A stretch of DNA of 64,000 nucleotides, from assembly GCA_002897635.1 (NCBI GenBank), contig BDTD01000011.1, positions 76,436 to 140,435 on the forward strand, given 5' to 3'. The first letter of the stretch is position 1. Each line of letters starts with the position of its first letter. Under the pieces are notes generated by a model that was not told where the DNA came from, searched no databases, and saw only the letters and a program-made list of their open reading frames with translations. Shown here piece by piece: positions 29,861 to 40,445 of the stretch. This DNA is from a bacterium BMS3Abin11. Its GTDB lineage: Bacteria; Pseudomonadota; Gammaproteobacteria; BMS3Bbin11. A program made the position numbers and the translations under genes.

Positions 29861-31015
29861 TCACTCCTCGGCCGGCAACAACGTCCAGTATGGGAGCCCA
29901 TCCTTTTTCAGCGTCTTCATGTTCGGCCGCATAGCAGCAGCTTCACCATCAGACAACAAACGACCTATATCAATCCTGACATTATCATTATAGATATGGT
30001 ACAGGTGCCCGGTCACTTCACGGCCACCAGATATGCTGACATCAATGGTATCCATGCCTTTCAGTACCAGCAGATTCTCACCGGCCTCACCCAGCCGGGG
30101 GGAACCATGTACTTCGCTAGATAAACGTAAAGGCTGGTCATTTTCAGATGAATAGAGACTGATACGATGAGCAATTTTTTTCAGATCAGGGAAAACTGAA
30201 CGGAAATAATCAGCATCAATATCCGGCGCCAGCAGCACCAGTTCATTAATCTTCTTGCTGTCATCCTCACGAGCTATCAGCTGAAGCACCCGGACGGTAC
30301 CCCTGGCTCCCAGGCTATGGGCAACAATATTCAGGCGTTTTGACCCGTAAATAGTCATCAACTTTCGAATTACAGTCTCAAGTGACTGCTGGCTCCATTC
30401 GATATCCGCTTCATCGCGCGTATAGCTTACCAACGCTCCATCCGAGGGCCAGCTGAACAACAGCAATCGGGAGTGCTCATCAAGTGTCTGCTGAAAAACA
30501 GCAGAGCGGCTGCAGCCCTGAACAAAATTAATGTTATAACCATGCACAAAGAGGACGACCTTGTTCGTCCCAGATGCTTCGGCAGCCTGTTCAAAGGCCT
30601 GCCAGAATTTTTCCTCAGGAAACTCTTTTATCGTCTCCACCGCTTTATTCATGTCATAGACATAAAAAGGCAGGTGCGAGGTAAGGCTCCGATATCCCGT
30701 TGGACTGATCTTTACTTCACATAGCCCGGTGTGGGGGCTGTCTCGCAGATCACCGTAGTAGTCGTCTACGGTTTGTTTACCGGTGTGATTACGCAGCGTG
30801 TAATAGAGGACCGTTTCGGTTGATGAATTTTTCGAGTTGAGGATTCGTGCTTCACTTTGCCCGCTGTCATCTGATCTTGCGACCTGTATGACAAACAATA
30901 CAAGAAGCACCAGAATAAAAAGCAGGCGTGGTGGACATAATAACGACTTCAAAGCTGTAATGAAATCATGCCAGGCTGAAAAAATTTCAGTGCGATGCTG
31001 GCTGTTATGATTCAT
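29861..31015 (-). CDS. alpha/beta hydrolase, DUF900 family
   Basis: VLFVHGYN and nucleophile elbow VAHSLGA, with an N-terminal TM/signal segment. Confidence 0.6.
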   Translation of the reverse strand: MNHNSQHRTEIFSAWHDFITALKSLLCPPRLLFILVLLVLFVIQVARSDDSGQSEARILNSKNSSTETVLYYTLRNHTGKQTVDDYYGDLRDSPHTGLCEVKISPTGYRSLTSHLPFYVYDMNKAVETIKEFPEEKFWQAFEQAAEASGTNKVVLFVHGYNINFVQGCSRSAVFQQTLDEHSRLLLFSWPSDGALVSYTRDEADIEWSQQSLETVIRKLMTIYGSKRLNIVAHSLGARGTVRVLQLIAREDDSKKINELVLLAPDIDADYFRSVFPDLKKIAHRISLYSSENDQPLRLSSEVHGSPRLGEAGENLLVLKGMDTIDVSISGGREVTGHLYHIYNDNVRIDIGRLLSDGEAAAMRPNMKTLKKDGLPYWTLLPAEE

Positions 31016-31021
31016 GATATT

Positions 31022-31090
31022 GTAGGTCCGAATTCATTCGGGCAACGAGGCCAAACAAAACCTTTTTGTGCGAATGAATTCGCACCTACA
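31022..31090. repeat. partial or variant copy of the 149 bp MITE (inverted-repeat arms only)
   Basis: GTAGGTCCGAATTCATTCGGGCA...TGTGCGAATGAATTCGCACCTACA, related to the arms of the 6346/23081 element. Confidence 0.6.
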
Positions 31091-31105
31091 GACCAATATT
31101 CCGGG

Positions 31106-32908
31106 TTATTCCTGGCTACCACTCTGACCATCGCTGCCTTCTTTCTGCAGCGGTTTACGCAGCTTCAAATTCAATTCCTGTAGCTGGGCCGTATCCACTT
31201 CATTAGGTGAAGAAGTCATCAGACAGGCCGCTTTCTGGGTTTTTGGAAAGGCGATGACATCACGAATAGAGCTGGCACCCGCCATCATCGCGGTAATGCG
31301 ATCGATACCAAAGGCAATACCACCGTGTGGTGGCGCACCAAACTTCAGTGCATTGAGCAGGAAGCCAAACTTCTCATTTGCCTCTTCATTGTCAATACCC
31401 AACGCGGCAAAAACCTTTTCCTGTACGTCCTTCTTATGAATACGTATTGAACCACCACCAATTTCAGAACCGTTAAGCACCATGTCGTAGGAACGAGACA
31501 AGGCCGTCGCTGGATCGATCTCACCATCGGTTACCATTGGTGAAGTGAATGGATGATGCAAAGAAACGTTGCGTGCGGCTTTGGTATCATATTCAAACAT
31601 CGGGAAGTCGATTACCCACAGCGGCTGCCACTCACCTTCAACCATTCCGAGGTCATGGCCAAGTTTTTCACGCAGCGCGCCTAAGGCATCATTCACTACT
31701 TTGGCTGAATCCGCGCCAAAGAACAGCAGGTCTCCGTCTTCCGCAGCGGTACGTTCCAGGATTGCAGTGATCACCTCGTCCGGCAGGAACTTGAGTATTG
31801 GTGACTGCAGACCTTCACGTCCCTTTGCTACCTCATTCACTTTCACATAAGCAAGACCACGCGCACCATAGAGACCGACGAACTCGGTGTAGGCATCAAT
31901 CTTCGCACGTGACAGGCTGTTGCCACCCGGCACCCTCATAACCGCCACCCGACCATCGCTGGCCTTTGCCGGCGTGGAGAATACTTTAAATTCAACGTCC
32001 TGCATCATGTCTCCCAGATCCACCAGTTCCAGCGGAATACGCAGATCCGGCCGATCACTGCCGAAGCGTGACATTGCTTCATGCCAGCTCATCTGTGGGA
32101 AGGGATTCGGTAACTCAACATGCTGGATCTCGGCAAACAGATTCCGTATCATATCTTCCATCATATTCATGACGTCAAACTGGTCTATAAAGGACATTTC
32201 AATATCCAGCTGGGTAAACTCGGGCTGACGATCCGCGCGAAGATCTTCATCACGGAAACAACGGGCGATCTGATAATAGCGCTCGTAGCCGGACACCATC
32301 AACAGCTGTTTAAATAACTGCGGTGACTGAGGCAAAGCAAAGAACTCACCGGGGTAGGTACGACTGGGTACCAGATAATCCCGCGCACCTTCCGGTGTCG
32401 AGCGGGTCAGTATCGGTGTTTCAATCTCGATGAAATCCCTGTTTTCCAGGTAGCTGCGCAAGGAGCGTACTATTGCGTGACGTAAACGCATGTTTTTCTG
32501 CATGTGATCACGACGCAGATCAAGAAAACGATGGCGCAGACGTACCGACTCAGTGATATCGTCATCATCAATCTGAAACGGTAGCGGCTCGCAGCTGTTC
32601 AGTACTTCCAGTTCAGTGGTATAGACTTCAATTTTGCCCGTTGGAATATTCAGATTAACTGTGCCTTCAGGACGGTGGCGCACACGCCCTTTTACACGCA
32701 ATACATATTCATTGCGCACGTGCTCGGCCTGTTCAAAGGCAGCGACCTCATCTGGATCGAACACAACCTGGACAATGCCGGTACGGTCACGCAGGTCAAT
32801 AAATATAACCCCACCATGATCACGCCGGCGGTTGACCCAGCCGCATAATTCAACCGTGTCGTCTATGTGTTTTTCTGTGACTTCGCCACAGTTGTGTGTA
32901 CGCATCAT
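31106..32908 (-). CDS. aspS: aspartate--tRNA ligase
   Basis: Class II aaRS motifs ([35 protein letters not shown]) and an N-terminal OB fold. Start set at MRTHNCGEV. Confidence 0.9.
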   Translation of the reverse strand: MMRTHNCGEVTEKHIDDTVELCGWVNRRRDHGGVIFIDLRDRTGIVQVVFDPDEVAAFEQAEHVRNEYVLRVKGRVRHRPEGTVNLNIPTGKIEVYTTELEVLNSCEPLPFQIDDDDITESVRLRHRFLDLRRDHMQKNMRLRHAIVRSLRSYLENRDFIEIETPILTRSTPEGARDYLVPSRTYPGEFFALPQSPQLFKQLLMVSGYERYYQIARCFRDEDLRADRQPEFTQLDIEMSFIDQFDVMNMMEDMIRNLFAEIQHVELPNPFPQMSWHEAMSRFGSDRPDLRIPLELVDLGDMMQDVEFKVFSTPAKASDGRVAVMRVPGGNSLSRAKIDAYTEFVGLYGARGLAYVKVNEVAKGREGLQSPILKFLPDEVITAILERTAAEDGDLLFFGADSAKVVNDALGALREKLGHDLGMVEGEWQPLWVIDFPMFEYDTKAARNVSLHHPFTSPMVTDGEIDPATALSRSYDMVLNGSEIGGGSIRIHKKDVQEKVFAALGIDNEEANEKFGFLLNALKFGAPPHGGIAFGIDRITAMMAGASSIRDVIAFPKTQKAACLMTSSPNEVDTAQLQELNLKLRKPLQKEGSDGQSGSQE

Positions 32909-32999
32909 TTCAATATTGCCTGTCTGCTGAAGGAATAACAAAACCGCTGACTCGTTAGAATCAGCGGCCTGATATTTTTAATGAAACATTAGAAAGCGT

Positions 33000-33260
33000 C
33001 TATTTTGACCCAGCCCCACTTGCGCTTGAAGCCACCTTTTTTTCCGGCTTTGCTACCTTTTTCTCCGGCTTTTTTCCTGAATTCTTGAAATCAGTCTCAT
33101 ACCACCCAGTTCCTTTCAAATGAAAAGCCGAAGCAGAAATCATCTTTTTCAATGCCTGCTTCTTACACTTCGGGCACTCAGTCAGTGGGTCATCGGAAAA
33201 TTTCTGGATAACCTCTAGCTGATGACCACATTCCTCACATTTGTATTCATAGATTGGCAT
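33000..33260 (-). CDS. FmdB family zinc-ribbon protein
   Basis: MPIYEYKCEECGH...CPKCK two CxxC pairs, followed by a Lys-rich tail. Confidence 0.75.
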   Translation of the reverse strand: MPIYEYKCEECGHQLEVIQKFSDDPLTECPKCKKQALKKMISASAFHLKGTGWYETDFKNSGKKPEKKVAKPEKKVASSASGAGSK

Positions 33261-33384
33261 GTGTCTGTTCTCTCTGGGCTTTTGCCGGGTATTTATGCTT
33301 GATATGGTGACTTTTTTACCCTTTTTCAAGGATAAGTAGTTAATTATATATGGAAATTGGGGTTAACGCATCAGGGTTCTGGTT

Positions 33385-33680
33385 TTTGTGCTGGCGCACG
33401 GCTAATTTGTGTCCTTTCTGGCTAGTTCTTTCTTTTTTATTCATTTTCCTGAATTGACACGAGCTTTTCGTCCTTCATGGACGAGTTCATTTCTTTTCTA
33501 CGGACAAAAGAAACCGAACCAAAGAAAAGCCGCCCCGTTGTGTTGGCCTGCGGCTGCTCTGCGCGCTTCAGTCTGAACCGGGCGCGGTGAACTCGGGCTT
33601 CGCCCTCAGACATGCACCGCACTTATCCGGCTCAGCCTTCCAGTGCTCGACAACCCAAAAGGGGACTAAAATCAGGGGAA
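33385..33680 (+). repeat. ~290 bp structured non-coding repeat, copy 1
   Basis: About 90% identical to 38590..38885 (same strand) and to the reverse complement of 44760..45065. Frame is not conserved between copies. Base-pair-preserving substitutions occur in predicted stems. Confidence 0.75.
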
Positions 33681-34004
33681 AGAGGAAAGGTTAAAGGGGA
33701 AAGGAAGATCAAGGGTAACAACCATATCCTGAAAAAAATGGTGTAGGAGCGTCGCTCGGCGCGATTGTTACGGGATGGCACAATGTGAAAATAAATCGCG
33801 CCGAGACGGCGCTCCTATCAATGTGCTTTTGGTTCTGGTGTTGATCTTTGGTCCCGTTCAGGCTTGCCGAGCAACTGTGTTCGAAATCAATCTTTTCTAG
33901 ACAGAAGCTGCAGTATTGGGCTCTGCAGAATTAAGTGTGGGCAATATGGATAATTTAATATAGAATAGTAATAGGTACTACTTAGTAATAACGAGGGCTT
34001 CACT

Positions 34005-34277
34005 ATGGCTACATCGGTTAAACTTGATGATGAGTTGAAAAATCGTATTCAGCGCCTTGCTGATACGCAACATCGCTCGGCTCACTGGGTCATGCGCGAA
34101 GCTATCCGTGATTACGTTGAGCGTGAAGAAGCAAGAGAAAGCTTTAAACAGGAGGCTTTGGCATCCTGGACTGCATATCAGGAAACTGGGCTACACCTAA
34201 CCAGCCAGCAAACACGCGATTGGCTTATTACGTGGGGGACAGATAAAGAAACGGAAATTCCCGAGTGCCACGAGTAA
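34005..34277 (+). CDS. type II antitoxin, ribbon-helix-helix (CopG/ParD-like)
   Basis: N-terminal RHH (VKLDDELKNRIQRLAD). Overlaps the downstream toxin gene by 13 nt. Confidence 0.75.
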   Translation: MATSVKLDDELKNRIQRLADTQHRSAHWVMREAIRDYVEREEARESFKQEALASWTAYQETGLHLTSQQTRDWLITWGTDKETEIPECHE

Positions 34278-34558
34278 TTTTCACTCTAGGGGCAGCGAAA
34301 GGATTAGAGCGCTGTAGATTATTTCTGGTAGAAAAAAATCCCCGGGCGAGCAAACGAGCCGGTCAAGTAATAGAGCGTGTATTCACATTATTGGAAACGA
34401 GTCCAGATATTGGCAGGCCGCTCAATAATCTGCCGGAACTACGCGAACTAACCATCACATTTGGAGATACTGGTTATGTGGCGCTCTATCGCCACGAACA
34501 AGTATCCGACACGGTGTATATCCTTGCTTTCCGCCACCAGAAAGAAGCGGGCTATTAA
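34265..34558 (+). CDS. type II toxin, ParE/RelE superfamily
   Basis: 97 aa with a ParE-like pattern (...GYVALYRHEQVSDTVYILAFRHQKEAGY). Confidence 0.75.
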   Translation: MPRVIFTLGAAKGLERCRLFLVEKNPRASKRAGQVIERVFTLLETSPDIGRPLNNLPELRELTITFGDTGYVALYRHEQVSDTVYILAFRHQKEAGY

Positions 34559-34589
34559 TTATAAGATTTTACACTGCCCTTCAGGCGGA

Positions 34590-34760
34590 TGGGCAGCATC
34601 ACGAACGATGGGTTTACCATCATGTGACGAACCGGGGCCACATTCGCAACGCAATTTTCCATGGAGCTGCATCTACAAATATATTTCTGATGGATTGGTA
34701 CGCGGAGATAAGGAAGTAAAAGCATTAGAAAAGCAACTTTACATTGTAAAATAGGCTTGA
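34590..34760 (+). mobile_element. remnant of the 3' end of an IS200/RAYT-like element
   Basis: Aligns with 63600..63716, including the terminal hairpin TACATWGTMAAATAGGYTTG. No intact ORF. Confidence 0.45.
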
Positions 34761-35071
34761 CCTTGACCCGTTATCCTTCCCCCACTTATACCCGCCGCAT
34801 CTACGTCCGCAGCTTCCGTGCAAGTATCGGGCTTTGAAGATAATGGCCTTCTTACCCACTGCGACCGCCTAATATGCGATTTCTGTTCGTCAGGTCAGTG
34901 TTTTGCCTTCGGCTTTCTTCAGATTCCACCTCACGATAGACACCCTTGCCGTTTGGCTAATCGTTCCCCTTGCCGGGTCGATAGTGGACTTTCATCACCA
35001 AGTCATCCGACCGCCACCACACGTATCGGAACAGCACCGTAAGGCGCTACGCGCCATACTTGGCGCACCAA

Positions 35072-35098
35072 TAAAAAACCCGCCGAAGCGGGTTTAGC
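35072..35098 (-). terminator. rho-independent terminator of the PEP-CTERM gene
   Basis: On the minus strand, AAACCCGCTTCGGCGGGTTT hairpin followed by TTTTTTATT. Confidence 0.7.
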
Positions 35099-35103
35099 AG
35101 GAG

Positions 35104-35820
35104 CTATGCAGATTTCCTTCTTCGGGCAAATCCCAGACCAGCAAGGCCGATACCAAAGAGTGCGAGGGTGGCGGGTTCTGGAACAGCTGGAACAGGAGCA
35201 GTTAGCAGGTAATTCACTTGATTCTGATAAAGCTGAACTTCGTCCGCGTAGCTAAGTGTGTTACCCAAAAATCCGTTGATGATCGTCGACCCACCGTTAC
35301 CAATAACTATGCCAGCATTTCCATCTTCAAAACTTGCCGCAACTACACTTCCAGTGTCTGGAAAAAAGCTACGAGAGTAAATGCCATATGTTGGATTAGT
35401 AAGGCTTAATATAGATGAACTTAAACCAGACGAAAACAATGATGTCAAAGTCAAAGTTCCCTGATTGGTATTTGCCTGAATAACATCAAATGCAGCATCA
35501 GCTTCCGTGAGCCAGTGGCCAAATATTGCGGCATCACCACCAGCAACATAACTACTCAAAGCGGCAGATCCTGTTGAGTGGCCGCTAGCATCGAATTGGG
35601 TAACAACGAGGTCCCAAGAGGTAGCTAGCTGGGTTACAAAGTCAGTGTCATTATTCACCCTTGTTACACTGAGTCCCAAACCACTTAAAGCGTCACCCCA
35701 TGTGTCAATACCTGAATACTCATAGTCATCATATAGAAGTATGGCTGCGTTAGCCGTATTCAAACCCGCTAGTAGAACTACCAGGCCCAGCAGAAACTTT
35801 AATCTTATTCTCTTAAACAT
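35104..35820 (-). CDS. PEP-CTERM sorting-domain secreted protein (intact)
   Basis: N-terminal signal peptide and a C-terminal VPEPATLALFGIGLAGLGFARRRKSA motif (PEP, TM helix, basic tail). Confidence 0.75.
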   Translation of the reverse strand: MFKRIRLKFLLGLVVLLAGLNTANAAILLYDDYEYSGIDTWGDALSGLGLSVTRVNNDTDFVTQLATSWDLVVTQFDASGHSTGSAALSSYVAGGDAAIFGHWLTEADAAFDVIQANTNQGTLTLTSLFSSGLSSSILSLTNPTYGIYSRSFFPDTGSVVAASFEDGNAGIVIGNGGSTIINGFLGNTLSYADEVQLYQNQVNYLLTAPVPAVPEPATLALFGIGLAGLGFARRRKSA

Positions 35821-35885
35821 TCTTCTTTACTCCCTAAATTATCAGAACAGAATTTGTGTATATTATGTGTATGTGTAATATTGAA

Positions 35886-35901
35886 AGCAATATCCATGCC
35901 A
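35886..35901 (-). promoter_or_regulatory. sigma-54 (-24/-12) promoter TGGCAT-N5-TTGCT
   Basis: Minus-strand read is TGGCATGGATATTGCT, with canonical GG/GC spacing, about 65 bp upstream of the PEP-CTERM start. Confidence 0.6.
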
Positions 35902-36250
35902 CCATCTAATTTCAATGACTTATAACTACTTAATTTAAGAAGTGTAAAATATTCTGACAATTTTGTTGCGTGTATTACGGTAATCACTTTGCTAAGTAGG
36001 ACGACTGCTAGATGAGTTCAGCGATTCCTGAATGTCTCTTGTGGGTCGAAGGACTAAACCGCTCTCGCGGTAACCCTCCATCAAGTTAATCGCCATTCGA
36101 TAACATAAGGGCACCTCTATTTAGTGCACTTTATGTTCATTTATCCGGAATGATTCTCATTCCTTGTTTAAATCTATTTCACAGGGATATTTTGTCGAGA
36201 TAACCCCGGTTTTTTGCTCAATTCTTATCGTTTTCCACTTGTTTCTGTTT

Positions 36251-37441
36251 TCAAGACACACTCATCCTCTCAAGATAACAGAATCGTCTCATGTTATAGA
36301 CCAGATTCATCATGCCAATCTCTGTTCTTGCACGAACTCGGCCAATCGAACGGATAGCCTTTTTTCGCAAGTTGCTTTGTGCACCAAAAACATGTTCTAC
36401 ACGGCACCGTGTTTTTGAACGGGTATGGTTTCCCTGCTTCTCCCAGTTCGTCAGCTTCTTATTCTTGCAGCCTTTTCGTTGAACCTTGCTACGATAACCT
36501 GCCTTCTTAAGACTCGCCTCTTGCTCCGTTGAACGATAAGCACTGTCTGCCCAAACATCTTTGTTGCTATTGCCTTCATCTAACAGTTCATCAAAAACAT
36601 TCGAGTCATGAACATTCGAGTCATGAACATTGGCCTCGGTAACGTCATAGTCGCGTATCAGCTTATGACCATTATCAATCGATATATGGTTCTTGTAACC
36701 ATAGCTGTGTTTACCGTTCTTTTGCGTCCAGCGGGCATCCGTGTCCTTTTGCCTGCGCTTGTGACTATCCCAGTCCTCTGGAACATCATTTTCTTTGATC
36801 TGTTTGTTTTCTTCCCGGGTGTTTCGCTGAATGGGCACCTGGATTAATGAGGCATCAATGATCTGTCCTTTACGAGCAAGGTATCCTGCCTGGTTCAGTT
36901 GTGCAGTAAAAGCCTTAAACAAATCATCAAGAAGTGTTAATTCGGACAACCGATTTCTAAAAGCCCAGAAGGTCTTCGCATCGGGCGAACGCTGATGATT
37001 GTTCAACCCCAGGAATCTTTGAAAACTACGCCGGTCTTCAACCTGAAATTCAAGTTGGTCATCACTAAGACCGTACAAACTTTGTATCACGAGACCTTTA
37101 AATATCATCACCACATCTTTACGCGGGGCACCCAATTTACTCTTACGTTTCGTTTGCTGTGCTTTATCAAGTAAAGGTCTAAAAGCTTCCCAGTCAATGG
37201 CTTTGTCAAGTTCAAGTAAGGGATTGCCTAACTTGTCCAGGCGGATGTCCTGGGCGTCAAATAAGGAGCCAAATATGTCTCGGGTCATTCGAAATCCTCT
37301 GCAAGTTGGTTGAAGTTTGTAGCTTGGTATTTTAGCATTTATGTGACTAAATAGAGATGCCCATAAAGGTTTCAACTTACCCGTGTCAGCCGGGTCTAAA
37401 TCTATGCTGAGTATTGAGGCATGTTGCCTCAGCTCATTCAT
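36251..37441 (-). CDS. IS5 family transposase (DDE)
   Basis: DDE_Tnp_1 pattern with ...GYKNHISIDNGHKLIRDYDVTEANVHDS...ADSAYRS. Contains an in-frame 15 bp tandem duplication (NVHDSNVHDS). Confidence 0.85.
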   Translation of the reverse strand: MNELRQHASILSIDLDPADTGKLKPLWASLFSHINAKIPSYKLQPTCRGFRMTRDIFGSLFDAQDIRLDKLGNPLLELDKAIDWEAFRPLLDKAQQTKRKSKLGAPRKDVVMIFKGLVIQSLYGLSDDQLEFQVEDRRSFQRFLGLNNHQRSPDAKTFWAFRNRLSELTLLDDLFKAFTAQLNQAGYLARKGQIIDASLIQVPIQRNTREENKQIKENDVPEDWDSHKRRQKDTDARWTQKNGKHSYGYKNHISIDNGHKLIRDYDVTEANVHDSNVHDSNVFDELLDEGNSNKDVWADSAYRSTEQEASLKKAGYRSKVQRKGCKNKKLTNWEKQGNHTRSKTRCRVEHVFGAQSNLRKKAIRSIGRVRARTEIGMMNLVYNMRRFCYLERMSVS

Positions 37442-37672
37442 AGGAGAAGACTCATGACACAGATAAAAGAACCCATCAGCCCGTTACGTCAACGCATGAT
37501 TGAAGACATGTCGTTACGCAAGCTGGCACCCAAGACCCAATCCGGTTATATCCGGGTGGTTAAGAACTTCACCCATTACATCGGCCGTCCGCCGGATACC
37601 GCAAGCGCAGAAGACCTACGTCATTATCAGCTACATTTGAGTATCCCGGGTCGGACCATCACAGGCCGTTGA
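37421..37672 (+). pseudogene. N-terminal fragment of a tyrosine recombinase/integrase (SAM-like N-domain)
   Basis: RMIEDMSLRKLAPKTQSGYIRVVKNFTHYIGRPPDTASAEDLRHYQLHL is typical of an integrase N-terminal domain. Only 83 aa, with no catalytic domain. Confidence 0.5.
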
Positions 37673-37696
37673 TATTTAATACTATTTCGACATTAA

Positions 37697-38467
37697 TCAG
37701 TCAACATTTTGGCTTAGAAGGTTCTTTTTGGTACCAAAATGGGCGGTGTAAGCACATGTCCGCTCCTTGATCTGGTACAGGTCCGCACTCTGGTGGACAG
37801 ATCGCCCTTTAGTCTTGATGCTCATTTGTTCTATTACGTTCTTGACAAAAGTCTGGCTACCCACTGCCACACTCTTACTCCAGATCTTCTGGCGCTGGCC
37901 ATCGTTCTTGCTCAGTGTTTCGTTAATCCATTTTTGATGGTGGACTTGCAGGCGTAATTCATCTTTCAGCCCCAGCAGCAATGCCAGGGCAACCCTGTCG
38001 ATGATGCGGTAGCGCTTTGGCGGCGACTGGATCTCGTGGTAACCACTGTGTTTCCACTCGCCGGGATGTGTGACTACACCCGCGCGCACCATATTCATGT
38101 CAACATAGATAAGACACCTTGCCAGGTATTCATCTGTATCCATGGCAGTAGCAAAATAACGATCTTCCCAGTAGGCCCCCTTTCGCTGTTTGCGCTGGTT
38201 GTATTCCTGTGCGGTACGCCCCGCAATGAGCTGCATGCTTCTGGAAATAACATTATCGCCCGTATCCATTATTACGAGCAGATGGATATGGTTCGACGTG
38301 ACAATATAGTTCAACACACAAAACCCATAGCGCTTCTTCGCCTGGAATAACCAGTAGCACCATCGTTCACGGTCACGGCTAAACTTCAGAAGAAATTCCC
38401 ATTTATGACAACGGCGTGTGATATGCCAGACGTGGCATGGTAGTGAGTGGCGATTGGCTCTTGGCAT
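37697..38467 (-). CDS. IS200-like Y1 (HuH) transposase, REP-associated tyrosine transposase-like
   Basis: HuH motif SNHIHLLV, downstream catalytic Tyr region. Family PF01797-like. Length is 256 aa. Confidence 0.75.
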   Translation of the reverse strand: MPRANRHSLPCHVWHITRRCHKWEFLLKFSRDRERWCYWLFQAKKRYGFCVLNYIVTSNHIHLLVIMDTGDNVISRSMQLIAGRTAQEYNQRKQRKGAYWEDRYFATAMDTDEYLARCLIYVDMNMVRAGVVTHPGEWKHSGYHEIQSPPKRYRIIDRVALALLLGLKDELRLQVHHQKWINETLSKNDGQRQKIWSKSVAVGSQTFVKNVIEQMSIKTKGRSVHQSADLYQIKERTCAYTAHFGTKKNLLSQNVD

Positions 38468-38589
38468 AACACTTCATCCTTAAAGTTGTTATTTTGTAAG
38501 GGGAATGGGCCTTTTAAGGCATGAAACGGGCCAATTCTAGCTCCATTATTCTATCTTATCAATGAGCTGGCTTGGTCTGACCCCAATGG

Positions 38590-38885
38590 TCTTTATTTTA
38601 GTAGTGTGCTGGCGCACGGCTGGAGGTTGTCCTTTTGGGTGTGTTTTCTTTTTTTATTTGATTTCTTGAATTGTTATGCGCTTTTCGTCCTTCATGGACG
38701 AGTTCATTTCTTTTCTACGGACAAAAGAAACGAACCAAAGAAAAGCCGCCCCATTGTGTTGGCCTGCGGCTGCTCTGCGCGCTTCAGCCTGAACCGGGCG
38801 CGGTGAACTCGGGCTTCGCCCTCAGACATGCACCGCGCTTAACCGGCCCAGACTTCCAGTACTCGACAACCCAAAAGGGGATGAA
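38590..38885 (+). repeat. ~290 bp structured non-coding repeat, copy 2
   Basis: See copy 1. Lies immediately upstream of the Y1 transposase gene. Confidence 0.75.
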
Positions 38886-39313
38886 CATCAAAATCGGTGC
38901 TAAGGCCCTTACCAATGGTAATTTGAACAGCTGCTTCCGGCCAAGATAAGTTGTCAGGTGTGTACTAACTCCGTCCAGACTGACGCTGCTAAACCGGCAA
39001 CCCGGTGTTTACTCGATCCCTGCCGGGAAACCCCAAATCAAATCCCCATAGCACGATGTTCTACACCAGCCGCATGGCTTCCCCCCGCGGTTTCCTCCCT
39101 CGAGGTTTGTCAGACGCCTGCCCGTTGAGTGCGTGATGCGCTGACAGGCCGGTGGTTGGGGGCAGGCATCTTACAACCCTTAACAACTGCGGACGTTTGA
39201 TAACGCCTTGCACACCGGCAGCATAAAGCAGAGCGACGAGGAACGGCGCTTTTTGCCGTCCGAGTGGATTTGTCTTGTTATGTGTATTTATCAAGTGCAT
39301 TGGTGTTTTGTTA

Positions 39314-39691
39314 TTACTGACAAATTGCTGGACAATTTTTACCCCCGCCATATCCAGAATAGCAAGGGCCACCATAGCCGTCATAACATGACCCACCATA
39401 GCCACTGTACGCACCACCACCATATCCCTTATTAGCACCACCACCATACCCTTCATATTTAGGTCCTCCATATCCTTTATATTCAGGACCACCGTAGCCC
39501 TTATATTTGGGGCCTCCGTATCCTTTATACCTAGGGCCACCGTATCCTTTATATGCACCACCACCGTAACCTTTATACTCGGATCCACCGTATCCATCGT
39601 AACAAGGGCCGCCGTAGCCTGCATAACCTTTGCATTCTGCAAGCGCAGAATTGAAGTAAAAAATAGACAAAACGAGTATTAGCGTTTTCAT
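39314..39691 (-). CDS. secreted Gly/Tyr-rich protein with about 11 tandem octapeptide repeats (KGYGGPxY)
   Basis: Signal peptide MKTLILVLSIFYFNSALA, then GYGG(P/G)xYK repeats flanked by Cys-containing ends. Strong GGAGG RBS. The overlapping ORF 39061..39642 is an alternative frame of the same repeats. Confidence 0.6.
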   Translation of the reverse strand: MKTLILVLSIFYFNSALAECKGYAGYGGPCYDGYGGSEYKGYGGGAYKGYGGPRYKGYGGPKYKGYGGPEYKGYGGPKYEGYGGGANKGYGGGAYSGYGGSCYDGYGGPCYSGYGGGKNCPAICQ

Positions 39692-39734
39692 TTTAACTTA
39701 CCTCCAAGGCGCTCAATAATGGGCATAGTAGAAG

Positions 39735-40369
39735 TTATGCAGACTTATTTCTTCGAGCAAATACCAAACCAACAAGGCCAAGACCAAATAGTGCAAGGGT
39801 AACGGGTTCTGGAACAACTGTTACGTATGTACGAAATGAAGCATCTGCTCCGTAATTTCTAAAAAATTGCCATTGGCCAAAATTGACCCACAGCTCCCCA
39901 CCCAAATACTGATCACTATTATCATTTTGATAAATATAAGCACTATTACCAAAATTCCCTGTTACGCTTGTATTTATAAATATATAAAAAGTTGTTCTCC
40001 AAAAGAAACTGATATATCTGATAAATCAAAACCAATCCAAGTAAGCGGTTGCTGATTAATTAATGAACCTGTTTCATAAAATAAATAATTTGATTCAAAA
40101 TTATCTAGAGGGGCCCCATTCTCAGAACTTCTAGTTAATCCAATTCCATAAGACCTCGTTTCGCTTCCGTGCCCACTCAATTCAACTTCTAGTCTTGATA
40201 AATACCCATCAATGCCAACTGTAAATGATTGTGCTCCAGGAATCACAAGACCGACAGTAGTATTACCCTCAACTTCTTGATCAAGAATTGGCATGCTGAA
40301 TGAACTCAATGGAAAAAGAAGTATAGCCAAAATTGAACCTATTGATCTATAATTTTTAGTAAATTTCAA
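39735..40369 (-). pseudogene. PEP-CTERM protein gene with an internal frameshift
   Basis: The N-terminal 131 aa ORF (signal peptide) ends at 39974. The PEP-CTERM motif VVPEPVTLALFGLGLVGLVFARRNKSA* is encoded in another frame, which stays open across the junction. Confidence 0.55.
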
Positions 40370-40429
40370 TTTTTTCTCCCCTCTAAAAAGTTTGTTTTAA
40401 ACAACACAATAAATACTGTTTGAATAGTC

Positions 40430-40445
40430 AGCATAAATCATGCCA
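40430..40445 (-). promoter_or_regulatory. sigma-54 (-24/-12) promoter TGGCAT-N5-ATGCT
   Basis: Minus-strand TGGCATGATTTATGCT, about 60 bp upstream of the frameshifted PEP-CTERM gene. Confidence 0.55.

Noticed and set aside
34461-34754. 97 aa ORF overlapping the ParE-like gene end and the following region
   Set aside because: It overlaps a confident toxin gene. Its 3' half is the eroded IS200/RAYT 3' end, so the open frame is incidental.
38606-38949. ORFs (38606..38806, 38671..38949, 44759..44992, 33437..33622) inside the 290 bp repeat copies
   Set aside because: Translations are not conserved between copies because of frame-shifting indels, while nucleotide identity and stem complementarity are conserved. 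This points to a non-coding element.
38890-39060. Possible SRP (4.5S) RNA-like segment (TTGGCCGGAAGCAGCTG on the reverse strand)
   Set aside because: Only a partial match to the CCGGAAGGAAGCAGC domain-IV motif. The surrounding sequence cannot be folded into the SRP helix 8 and lacks conserved flanks.
39061-39642. 193 aa ORF overlapping the GY-repeat gene in another frame
   Set aside because: It is an alternative frame of the same 24 bp periodic repeat (MVVVLIRDMVVV...). It lacks a signal peptide and RBS, whereas the GY frame has both.
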